NCBI GenBank assembly: GCA_965153355.1
Contig: OZ231126.1
Span: forward strand, 35,836,001 to 35,900,000
Reading direction: 5' to 3'
DNA from: Flaccisagitta enflata
Lineage: Eukaryota
DNA: 64,000 bases
Positions 41,777 to 64,000 of this stretch are shown in pieces (position 1 is the first letter of the stretch; each line of letters opens with the position of its first letter). Both the position numbers and the translations under genes were made by a program. The notes beneath the pieces were generated by a model. That model did not search any database and was not told where the DNA came from. It saw nothing but the letters and a program-made list of their open reading frames with translations.

Positions 41777-42855
41777 ATGACAGCACTATTTCATATATCA
41801 TCGTTGCTTTGAAATGCTCAGATTGAATACCAGTTGGCAAGCAGGCGGCTTATTTCCCTTTCTGTCGCTTTCCCCTCTCAGTTTCTCGTCCTTGGTGATC
41901 GTGAGTGCGAATACTGAACATGGAATTCTCTCTCTCTCTCTCTCTCTCTCTTCTCAGACACACGCACTCACACACACAAGTCGGTTGACCTCTAAATCGC
42001 GTGGGTGATTTGCTATTTAGAGATAATTTGCGCAACTTTTTGAATCTATGATATGATTTTACCCTCAGTCACCAAGAGTCTCTCTTTTCAATCATCACTT
42101 CTTGGTCGTAAAATGTCCAGCATCGGTCATCTATGATGATTGATGTATACATGTAAGACGTCAAATCTGCCAGGGAAAAATGAAGTGCTAGTCAATAATG
42201 GACTAATTATCCATCCACAAATGGTTTCATTGCTCAAGTTGTCACTGGATACACTTATTATGTATGTCTGTTTCATATTTTACGCTTTAAGTTGCCTTTT
42301 GATAAGCAATTCGCACGGCAAATGGTAAAGCAAATGGGAAAGCCACAACCAAAAAAATTTTGCATTTTCAAAAACATAGTTCTCTGTAAAAACGATTTGG
42401 GAAGAGAACTATGTTCTTTGTTTTTTGCAAACTTATAATTTCGACCAACCCTTTGTCAGTGACAAAAAGGAAATTTGTAGAAATTTTCAGTAAATCTTCC
42501 TCAAAAACATAGGCTAGATCTTAGTCTTTTGCTGAATGGATGCAAATTTTACTTTCAAGTATCATGCATGTCTTATCTCAATCATTTTTATTCACTTGAT
42601 TTTCTTTTTACATTCATGTACGTTTTCTATTTTGACCTTTTTGATACCCTAAGTGTTGGCTTCGTGGGCACGCTGTCGCTGTCGTTTATTTGTGAGAACT
42701 TAGTGTTACCAAACTTTCTCTTTTTATAAAAAAGCTTATCATATACAATGTACTTAGAGATATATATCAACGAGGCTTTGCTGTATCTTGGAATATAATC
42801 CCATCTAGAGAAGAAAGAAGAAAGAAGAAAGAAATAAGGAATCAGAGAAAGAAAA

Positions 42856-42947
<92 letters not shown>

Positions 42948-44113
42948 AACAAAAAAAAAAGACAGAAAGGAAGACAGAAAGAGAGAATAGAATAAAAAAG
43001 CAGAAAGTTGAATGACGCATGTAGTCATATACTATATGATATAGACAGAAAGAAATGAAGCAGTGGAGGATAGAGGGAACAAATGAAAGATAAAATAATG
43101 AAAACAAGTTCAGTGAGGATGAATAAGTATTAAGGGGGAAAAGGGCGTTTTATGAATTCCTTTGCCAATTAAAAAAAGTCCATTTATCATCATTTCGATA
43201 GAATATCATAATTGTTCCACACGAAAAATTATATGCAGGCGGCTTTCTTCTGACTTTCTCTCTTTCTGCACCTAGTATCTTGTTATCTAACGATCTTTCG
43301 GGCCACAGATTTCTGATCTTATTAAGCCTGAAAACGAGAGCATTTGCATAACTCAATATAGAAAGAAGGAGGCACACACATTTCTCGGTACTCAACGCAC
43401 TCTTCCTGATCTATAATTCAATTAGATATGTGCAAATAAGTTACCGGATAAGAACAACGCATACTTTTTCAACAGAAAAGGAAAAAAAAAAGAAATATGG
43501 GAGCAATCGAGAAAGAAATGGTTATAAATATATGTATATCATGTTATCTTTTTGTTCGAAAAATGAAAACGACACGAGAGAGACATAAAAACTAGCCTTT
43601 TTTTGGTAATTACTAGCGTCTATGTCAAGGTTCACAATGATATGAAGTACATGATAAATTATACAAGCAAGAAAATCGCCAGGATATCTATCATCACAAG
43701 TATGAAAAAGAAGTGGCAATTCAAAAAAAGAGAATTTTGAAAGATATGTATCGGCGGTATGCTTTATGTAACGATATGCTGTTTTTTCATACTTGTGATG
43801 ATAGATATCCTGGCGATTTTCTTGCTTTGAAAGATATGTATCGGCGGTATGCTTTATGTAACGATATGCTGTTTTTTTTCTTTCACAGAAACGTCTTATT
43901 TGACAGAAATTGATGAAGAATGAGACAGTTAAAATTGATTCGTTTTTCGCCTGATGAATATTCAACGAAGCGGACAAAAAAGCTAGCCAATGGCAATGAA
44001 TAACCTGTCGGCTTACGACCAAAATACGCTGCCTTTTTATGGGGTCATTCATCGGTAACGAAAGGGGAAACCAAGTTTTTTTTCCACGGAAGAGGAGAGG
44101 GAGATACAGAGAG

Positions 44114-44269
<156 letters not shown>

Positions 44270-44806
44270 AGAGAGCAAAAGTTGCAAGGTCAATGATACC
44301 AACTGGCGCGCCTTTACAGCTGAAGTCCGCACCGCACAAATTGGAAGATAAATAAACCAGTTCCTCCATCATGAATTTCATCTATGTGTGATATGGTGAG
44401 GAGAACATTTGGTTCGAATTCAGACATGTTACGTTGGAAGGGGGAAATTTTTAACAAATACACGAAACGCCGCAATCGACTAAGGGTAAAAATGAGCGAG
44501 CTCATACAGTGGGATGAGTGCGCTTCATGAGCGAACACTGAAAGCAGTTTGACGGGCAGCGAATGGAAAATGAGACCAGTCGACAGATTTAAGAGGGGCT
44601 GGCGGGCTGACGGGCCTAACAAACGGACAGACGGACGGACGGAAAAATCGACAAACTTTAGAAATGCTCTGACGCATAGATAAAAATGGATAAACAGCGC
44701 GAGAAAAGTAAGTGGAAAACAGTGAATGAGATGGAATAATCGTGAAAGTGAAAGGATGAGAGAAAAAAATCCCGACACCGGGATGTTATAAAGTACAAAG
44801 AGAGAG

Positions 44807-44988
44807 AACAAGGCCGGATACACGGCCAATACCAGTCGCGGACAGGTGGGCAGGGGCGGAAACGCTGTTTTTTCCACTTTTCGACTCGTGCTCACCGACG
44901 GACCGACCGACCGACCGACCGACCGACCGACCGACCGACCGACGGACGGACAAAGCCTCTTATAGACTCGCTCGTCCGCGACTAAAAA
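44807..44988 (-). mobile_element. Helentron/DINE-1-like element, family A (clean copy)
   Basis: aacaaggccggatacacggcc..agtcgcggac..(GACC)n..gtccgcgactaaaaa. Confidence 0.8.
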
Positions 44989-45118
44989 GAGAAAGAGAAG
45001 AGGTGAAACGAATGGAGGAGAAGAAATTTATGTTGGTTTTAAGCACGTGAGTACAGGGGGAGAGAGAGAGGGGAAATTATGGGAAGAGAGAGTTGTTTTG
45101 GGGGTAAAAAAGACTTGG

Positions 45119-45124
45119 TTTATT
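45119..45124 (-). promoter_or_regulatory. Candidate polyadenylation signal of the Fas2-like gene
   Basis: tttatt on + = AATAAA on -, about 290 nt downstream of the stop. Confidence 0.4.
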
Positions 45125-45415
45125 GTCGAATTCAGGGGGAACACACGCGGCTCATTGAAATACAGTCCCATGGGGAATAAGTTAGATGTTAGTTATTCAC
45201 ACACAATTCGCACGTTTTTTTTATACGCACTTCAACGTACAGCTTGGCTTGCGAGGTATGTTTGAGTACAGCCGCCCACTCACGTCGCAAACATTTTAAC
45301 ATCAATGCTTAAGATGGACAAGAGACAAACAGACAGACAAACAGAACAAGAAGATGGAAGAAATAAATCTAAAAAAAAGCAATTTTCTTAATGTATTCAC
45401 AAGAACGTTGCTTCT

Positions 45416-53560
<8,145 letters not shown>

Positions 53561-54213
53561 TGTATCAGGAGTTTTTTTTCCTCCGTTTTTTTTTCTAATC
53601 CTTTCCTTTTTTTTATTCTTTTTTCCTCTTTTTTTTCTAATATTCTGCCATGAAATTCTTTCCCTTTTCGCCCTTTTTTTTCCCTCCCACGATTCGTGAC
53701 CGATAAAAAAAACGCACTAACGCACAAAATGCAGAAGAAACAGGGAAAAAAAAGTTCCGCCTTGAACAAATCGTATTCGGTCGTCCGTTTTATTTCCCTT
53801 CTTTTATTTTTCTTATACGTCCCCCTTCGTCGTTAATTATGGATTCTTTTTATTTCGTTATAGTAATTCTTTTCAAATCATTATTTTTCTTTTCTCGAAA
53901 TATTCAAGGAGGGGAAAAAAGAGAGTAAAAAATAAAAGTCCGGAGGCTTCGTTCTCTGTGGCCTGCCTCCATTCTCACGCGTTTTTCCGCACTTTAAAGT
54001 CTCCTTTCTTTTTTTCGTTGTTTTTTTTTTCTTATTTTGCTGTTTTCTTTTTTACATTTCCCAATACACTTTTATCCGGTCATTTTTTCTCAACCTCGAC
54101 GATGATTTTTTTCCTCAATGCTTTTTAATTCATATTAACTATTTTTTTTTCTTTTAATCGAGAAACGATTTTCAGCCGTTCTTGCGGAAAAGATGAAATG
54201 AAGCAACAGCAGT
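53561..54213 (-). other. Possible 5' UTR part of Fas2-like coding exon 1
   Basis: Strong polypyrimidine acceptor cttttttttttctccttttcttcAG at 54214-54240 on the minus strand; upstream exon not identified. Confidence 0.35.
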
Positions 54214-54315
54214 CTGAAGAAAAGGAGAAAAAAAAAGAAAGAGGAAGGTCAGATAAGAAACAGAACTAAAGGAGGAAAGCATTGAAATTGGAGATGACGA
54301 TGTTAACGATTAAGG

Positions 54316-54951
<636 letters not shown>

Positions 54952-56014
54952 ATAAGCGAAACAAGGGACCCGAGGTTACAATATCGCCGCGGTCCACGGC
55001 GGTCGGGGAAGGCATGTGTGAATTCTGCGTTCGTACACTTTTGGACGGACGGACCAACGGACGGACAACGCCTCTTTGAAATTCATGTATCCGCGACTAA
55101 AAGCTTTAGTTGGTCAGTACACACGTACGAGAGAATAAATACGAAAGAAAAGCGCGTAGGTGGAAATCGACGATTTGTGGAGGAGGAGGAGGAGGAGGAG
55201 GAGCAAGAGGAAGAGGAGGCGGTTAAAAAAATATGAGAGTAAGCGGTGGACGAAAGTTGAATCGAGGCCAGAAGCTAGGAGGCGGTCGCGTCAAAGGAAA
55301 AAGTAAAGAAAAGAACAAGAAGCAGATGAGAGGAAACATGGAGGAAGAGACAGAGGCCTAGAAGGAGGAAGAGAAGAAACAGAAAGAGAGGGAGACGAAC
55401 GGGAGGTAAGGTCGAGAAAGGGCGAGAGAGTCGTTGATGAATGGGAAAGGACGCTCTTTCGCTCTCGGGACGTCTGTCTTGCAGAGTCATGAAGACAGAG
55501 ATGGAACGAGAGAGATTCAAGAGAGGACAAGGCCAACACCTTTTAGTCGCGTGCGGGACATAAATAGCTTAACATCACTTAGATTGACTTTAAATGGCTC
55601 AAGGTGACCTGAAATGACTTAAGATGACTAAAAATGACTTTATTGACCATATTGACCTTGTTGACTTAAGTGACATAATATAACCCAATATGACTTAAAA
55701 TGACTTAGAATGACTTAAAATGACTTAAAATGACTTAGAATGACTTACTATGGCATTTGGGAAGGAGCTGTGAGCCCAAAAAGCTTAAAAACGCTGAAAA
55801 AGTAAAAAGGGCACCAACCAACCAACCAACCGACCGACCAACCGACCGACCGATCGACCAATCGACAAAGCGGGGTGTAGAGTCGCGTAGCACGCGACTA
55901 AAAGAAAAGAAGAAAAAAGATTGAATGAAAGGAAGAGGAGAATTATAATAAAGGGTATCTCTGTTTTTGTCTGTCTCTCGGGTACACAATGTTGGCCTCT
56001 GTGTGTATTCTAGG

Positions 56015-56111
<97 letters not shown>

Positions 56112-56364
56112 TTCTACATTTTTTCTCTTTATTTCTCCTCTCAATTTTCTACTCTAAATTTTAGTCGTGCGTCGGAGGACGAACTCCAAAAGCGCGACGA
56201 GGATAAAACAAATAGACACCTAAGTGGAGATGGATTGAAAAAAGAGAAAGACTAAAAAAACGATAAAATCTGAATTAAAGTCGAGACCATCATCCAGGGT
56301 CAAAAACTGTAAAAAATTAATCAACAGATAATAATTTCGCGGCCAATTATGTTAGAACGGAAGC

Positions 56365-56421
<57 letters not shown>

Positions 56422-58805
56422 TTAGAAAGACAGGCAGATAGACAGACAGAGTGACAGGCAGACAGTGAGGGAGAACGGAAGAACAGATGATAAAGGAGAG
56501 ACACCCGAATGACAAAGGAGGGACTAAGATTTAGAAGAAAAAAATATGCAGCATAGATGAAGGAGAACACAAACACACAATTGACACAAACACACCCAAA
56601 CACACCTAATCAGGGGGCAGGTGTTTTTACGACTTAAGTCAACACGGATTGTTGTCGAATTCTACAACGTGTCCTTTTTTTAAAAGCGGGGGTTTCAAAA
56701 AGAGGCGGTAGAACTGGGAGGAGAACAAACAAACACGTTTCAACCTCCTCCAAGTTTTCTCTCTCTCTTCTTCTCTCTCAGTCTTCTAGGCTCAGGCCAG
56801 GTCTAAGGGCAAAGGCTCAAACAAGAGCTCGTGATGATGACAATCGAATCGAAACGAAACAGAACGTGACGAGATGATGAGAAAAAAAAAAAGAACAACA
56901 TGACAAAGGAAGCAAACATTGTTAAAGTCCTAGATTGGTAGTACCCTCGTCCGACCAACCCAAATATGTAAATAAAGCTGGATGTACAGTTTGTACACGG
57001 AAGAATTATAATCCCCGTTAGAGACGCTGTTAATGACAGCGGTTCACAATTTTCCTTGACGCTCAGACTGACCACCCGACATTAAGTGAGAATGGATGAG
57101 TTCAGATACGCGATGAAACAATGAAAGAAAACGAAAACGAGCACGAGGGCAGACATACTCAGCAACTGACAAGAAAGACGAGAGCAGTCGACAACACGCT
57201 CGTCTCTTCCCGCGATGGTATTTATGAGCTAATCTGACTCAAAATCCCCGCGCGCGATCACGACTTGATACCTGAGCAGGCTGAGTTAGCTGCGCTAAGC
57301 TTTATGCGTCAACCATCTCAAATCGAGATAAGAAGGGGAAAAAGGCCTTAGACTTAAGCCGCGAGTCAGAAAGCTAAACGAGGGAGACGCGAAAAAATTT
57401 GATGGGGAGTGACACCGACAAGAATGATTTTCTTTTCTTTTTTTTTTATTTTTGCCTTTTGTTTGAGAGAGTCGAAAAACATTGGCTGCGAGGCGAGAGG
57501 GAGAGAGGGCAATCGGACAGCAACGTGGTATGGATGTGACCTGACGGTAGCGCGCTTTCATCGACTAAGCTTCAGAAATTCGGTGTGGCTCTGCTTTGTA
57601 AACGGTTCAAATCAGGAATCAAATTAGGCCGTGTACGAATTTCTATCTGTTTAGAAGATATAGGGGCAACTTTACTTATGATTATGTACGACAAGTGGAC
57701 AAAACTGAAAAAAAACAAACAAACTGTAAAATAACATAAAAAAACTGAAAAATGTATTTGGAAGCATTGAAAGGTGTTCCCGTTACAATTCCGCTCCGAT
57801 CTATCAATACTCATCCCACATTGAAATCTGTGCCATCGAGTAAAAAAAAACGTCGATAACCTCGACAGGCACAAAACGAGGTTACGCAACCTCGGCCGCG
57901 ACCCTTTGGGGCGACCCACAAGCGATTCTGGGTTCATTGGCCGGGGCGACCCCAGGGAGATCGGGACATACGTCAACCCTTTTGCCGTGTTCTTGGCGTT
58001 ATAGTGCACCACTGACAAATTTGATGGCGATAAATTGTCGGTGGGAATTTAGACACGGACCAAAGGAAAATGGAAGAAGAGGGAGGAATTTGGATTCGGA
58101 ATCTGCTTTTGTACAACTGTGGTGGCAGACTGGAAGGTTTGGTACGCCTGATTCTTCTTTAGTCGCGCGCTACGCGACTCTACACGCCGCTTTGTCGGAC
58201 GGTTGATCGGTTGGTCGTCCCATTTTTACTTTCATTTATGTTTTTGCGGTCATTGACCTGACTGCTCGAGACCTCAATTACGGCCCCCTGCTCTCCCGCA
58301 CGCGACCGGGGTACGTAGCCATGTTTCCGGCTTTTTTTTGTATATACCCTCATTCTGTCTGTCCACATTTGTCTTGGACTTTGTGATTTGTCCTTTTTGC
58401 GTTCCTTTCTTATTGCCAACCAACCATCTCCACTGATCTGCTTGTGTCTATCCTTTTCTTTCTCTCATGCGCCAAATTATGTTTACAATAGGTCATGTAT
58501 GTCACTCTGTCTGTCTGTGGGTCTCAAATACAATAGGTCGTCGGACCACCTGGCCTTGCAACTCATTCTGTTGTAGGTCCCTATCTTTTTCAAATTCATT
58601 CTTTCAGCTCAGGTTGGGTTATTTATCTCAGGGACCAATGTCTACGTTACAAAGAGGGTATTTTGCCAGTCAGTAACTCAGCCACCAGAAAAGACGACAA
58701 CAACCAAAACAAATTTTCTCTTTTTGTGCGCGATTTTTCTCATACTTTAGCAAAGTGTCACTAAACACGCAAAGAATAAGAGAATATTAAAAAAAAAGTG
58801 CAAGC

Positions 58806-58909
<104 letters not shown>

Positions 58910-59135
58910 CATGGTGACAAATAAGGCGGACAGACAGACAGACAGATAGATACCGAAAGACCAACGGACAACATACACGGAGACTGGAAGACAGAAACGT
59001 CAGAGAGTGAGAGAGAGCGAAAGAGTCATAAAAGCAGACAGACAAGAATAGATATATATATATGCAGACAGACAGACCGAGTCATGTCATGAAAGCTGAG
59101 AGAAAGCAAGTCTAACATCCGAACAAAAAAAGATC

Positions 59136-59780
<645 letters not shown>

Positions 59781-59949
59781 GTGACAGGATTGAACCGGAA
59801 GCGAGTCCGCGATAACGCGAAAGGGATGAGGCTAACAATATGGCGTCTACCACGTTTTTGCCTTTTGGTCCATCTCGCCTTTTCTCATTGACTTTGGCCA
59901 TTGCCTTAACAGATCCTTCTATCCAACAACCGGGTCGAAAGAGATTGAA

Positions 59950-60042
<93 letters not shown>

Positions 60043-60310
60043 TCTTGTCGATTGCGAAAACGATAACGAAAACGACGATTATGGCAACAACGACGAAGAT
60101 GATATCAATATAAGTCGGCAAGGATGAACAAAGGTGATCGGTGATAACGCGGCATCTTCAAGACGGCGTTGCAAAAGAAAAGAAAATCGAAGCTCAACGA
60201 AAATGGAAATCTTCCTAAATGGTTTGTTAAAGACCTGATTTCCCAGGACCTGAATTCTCATCCTGATTGTCTGTCTCTGTCTCTGTATCCGTCTATCCAT
60301 CCTTATCACA

Positions 60311-60359
<49 letters not shown>

Positions 60360-60362
60360 ACA

Positions 60363-60443
<81 letters not shown>

Positions 60444-60452
60444 GCACTCACT

Positions 60453-60523
<71 letters not shown>

Positions 60524-60592
60524 TTCAACTGTTTTTGTGTGAAATGTTACAAAAAAGCCCCTAGATGGAAAATCATTAAACAAAACTGATAC

Positions 60593-60794
60593 AACAAGGC
60601 CGGATACACGGCCATCAGTTGCGGACAGGTGGGCAGGGGCGGAAATGCGCGTTTTTACACTTTTTGACTCGTGCTCATGGACGGACCGACGGATGGACCG
60701 ACGGACGGACTGATGGACGGACCGACAGACGGACCGACGGACGGACCGACGGATGGACAAAGGCTTTATAGAGTTGCGTGTCCGCAACTAAAAA
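60593..60794 (-). mobile_element. Family A element
   Basis: Same termini and GACS microsatellite as 44807-44988. Confidence 0.8.
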
Positions 60795-60908
60795 GTAAGA
60801 AATTTACAATTTTCTTTACAGTTTATACTTTTTACTTATGTCGGTCTTGATCCTCTCGAATCTGAGAGCTCTCCTACATCTTAGGCTGTATTTCCAAAAA
60901 AATTTCAA

Positions 60909-61056
60909 TTTTTAGTTGTGGACACGCAACTCTTTAAGAGCCTTTGTCCGTCCAGTCCGTCGGTCGGTCCGTAACCACGAGTCGAAAAGTGTGAAAACGC
61001 ACACTTTCGCCCCTAATCACCCGTCCGCAACTGGTGGCCGTGTATCCGGCCTTGTT
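60909..61056 (+). mobile_element. Family A element
   Basis: tttttagttgtggacacgcaact..ggccgtgtatccggccttgtt. Confidence 0.8.
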
Positions 61057-61151
61057 CAACCATGAATCATTCCTTATTCTATACCGACTTGCTTTTCATG
61101 ACCGACTTTTACCACATCCATAGATGTGGTTGACGTGGCCTCCCCTACATC

Positions 61152-61372
<221 letters not shown>

Positions 61373-61851
61373 GGAACGTGATTTGACTCGCTGATTGCGG
61401 TTGTCTCTATTGACTTCCCCCTTTTCATTCTGTCGTTAGCATTTAAGCAGTCATCGCGGCTAATCAATGAGGGAGTCTTCTTCGAGCTATTTTCGGATTT
61501 CAATTTTCCCCGTGAACTCTCGGAGACTGATTGAAGGACCGAAGGATTTACCGACCGACCAGTCGTCTTTTTAGATGCGTCCTCGTATCTCTATAAGAGG
61601 GTCTGTCTGTCCGTCCGTCCGTCCGTCCGTCCGTCCGTCCGTCCGTCCGTCCGTCCGTCCGCTACACCTCCTTGGAATTCGCAGTTTTTGGCACTCTTCA
61701 GCCGCGAGGATGTCCTGTATCTGGTCGTTAGGATATTTTAGCCTGAAGAGCTTATTCGATACTATGTCGTCATCTGTTTGTCCGTCCAAGTCAACAAACA
61801 AATAAACCAACAAACAACCAACCAAACTAAACACACACACATGCACACACA

Positions 61852-62004
<153 letters not shown>

Positions 62005-62171
62005 TTTTTCGGTTTGGTAATTGTGGAAGTAATGATATCGATTTTGGTGACAAAAACGTTCATCAAAGAAAAAACTCTTTTCGTCGTGAATTGATGATGA
62101 ACAGACGATAATCACGAAGCGAAGGCTATTAACGATAATTGATATGGAATGTAGGGGCGCCGGTCTCAACA

Positions 62172-62268
<97 letters not shown>

Positions 62269-62934
62269 TCGATGACGATGATGAGGAAAATCATCAAATA
62301 GGGTTGTATGAAATTGTGTCTCTTTTGATTCCCCCCCTGCCTTTTATTTTCTTCCGCAAGACGCATTACGTTGCATTTCAAAATCTAAATAATAAAAAAA
62401 AACAGTGTAGTTAAGGTTTAAATAGTGTTCAGTAAATTGTTTTCTAATCAGTTTTTATGATTTGGTACTGCCAATAGTTATATTTTCCCCAAATTTTCTT
62501 TTTTTTTCTTTTTTCCTTCTTTGATTTCCTTCCCCATCTCTAAACCCTTTGAAAGAAAGAATAGATGAAGAAAAATAAGTAGTATGTCTGTGTCTTATGC
62601 ATTGTGCGAGCATTTGTTGCATGTTGCCTGCTTTTCTCGTGTCCTTTAAAACAGCAAAAGGTTGTTCTCATTCACGCCGAATTTGTTTTTCTTTCGGTAA
62701 CAAAGCTTTGCCATTTGTAAAAAGACAAACAGACAGACAAGCCGCTGAAAAGGCAGATCTAAAAGGCCCTGGAGGGACATTTTCATAAACGTCATTTTCT
62801 TTTTCTTTTTTTCAATAAAAGAGGATGAAAAGAAGCGAAGAAGAAATGAAAATAGAAAATATTTCATCTCAATTCTAGATACCGAGTGCGGGAAGGAAGA
62901 AACGAGTGACAAAATTGTCGCAGGGATGGGGACA

Positions 62935-63033
<99 letters not shown>

Positions 63034-63167
63034 CGTTGTTGCTGCCGTTATCCTTGATTTTTTTTTACAGAATTGTCTTCATCGTTATCGGAAAGCGCAC
63101 TGGAAAGAGAACCTGTTGATTGGACGCTTTCAAAAATAACAATTTGGTTTAAATAGTAACAGGAAAG

Positions 63168-63249
<82 letters not shown>

Positions 63250-63727
63250 GAGGATAGGAGAAAGAGAGAGCCAACTGATAGAAAAGAAAAGATTGAGATT
63301 TTGGGCAAGGAATCAAAAAGATAAGAAAAGGAGGATTGAGGAAAAGAGAAAACTTGAGGATTGAGGAAAAGTGAAAAGTTGATTGGGTTATAAAACTTAT
63401 AATCACATGATGATATTTCTCTATTTAGGACACGCCGAGGAGGAACAAAGTTGGAACAAACAGTTGGTAGAGGTAATGATCGGGAAAGAGTCACCATACT
63501 TGTCATTTACTTTTCGAATGAAAAACCTACGAGAAGTATTGCATGTACATCGAATATAAAGATTGAGGAAAGATTATACCAATGCATTGCACTTGCACGA
63601 TGAATGAATGCGTCTTATCCATTTTCCTGATCCCAATAAAGAGGCACAAGGTCTTAGCGTGACATGACCTCTGCAAAATCAACTTTAACTAGAACACGTC
63701 AATGATACTATGCAGTACCTACGACCC

Positions 63728-63865
63728 TTTTTAGTCGCGTGCACACGACTCTACAACCCGCTCTGTCCGTCTGTCTGTCTGTCGGTCTGTCAGTCACACT
63801 TTGCTTTTTTTCGCCGCCCCTGCCCACCCGCACGCGACTAAGGTAGCCGTGTATCCGGCCTTGTT
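63728..63865 (+). mobile_element. Family A element
   Basis: tttttagtcgcgtg..cacgcgactaaggtagccgtgtatccggccttgtt. Confidence 0.8.
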
Positions 63866-64000
63866 TGATCATCACCTCACTTGCTGGCTCGCGGGCCTAA
63901 AACGGTTCAAGATTTGCCGTAAAAGCACCTCAGTTTTTTTTGTGGCAACCTTTCCGGTCCTTTCAAACGATTTCGCCCTAAATCATTAGATATCGTCGCA

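Overview
Microsatellite- and transposon-rich invertebrate (metazoan) genomic DNA with spliceosomal introns; the species cannot be named from the sequence. Two intact spliced genes were reconstructed by hand. (1) A 5-exon NCAM/Fasciclin II-like gene on the minus strand (53560->45416, 1301 aa: signal peptide, 5 Ig, 2 FN3, TM, long cytoplasmic tail). (2) A 4-exon plus-strand gene (14076-15089) that the ORF track misses as a whole. It encodes a 136-aa protamine-like protein with an acidic leader, RSKSR repeats and an unusual His-pentapeptide tail, and is the best novelty candidate here. A sortilin/VPS10-like pseudogene (37869->35438) is split by a 5'-truncated RTE-X-like LINE with a 14-bp TSD. A second, unidentified decayed multi-exon gene may lie at 15.6-25.8 kb. 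The rest is a nested landscape of non-autonomous elements: about 20 Helentron/DINE-1-like copies, tRNA-derived SINEs, and hAT-, CMC/Chapaev-, piggyBac- and TA-type MITEs. These include a 3.7-kb foldback built from 3x190-bp higher-order repeats and a double-palindrome element. There are also two unexplained, strongly base-paired candidate RNA structures (6.1 kb, 33.3 kb) and a perfect 84-bp inverted repeat. All family names come from motif recognition, not database searches.
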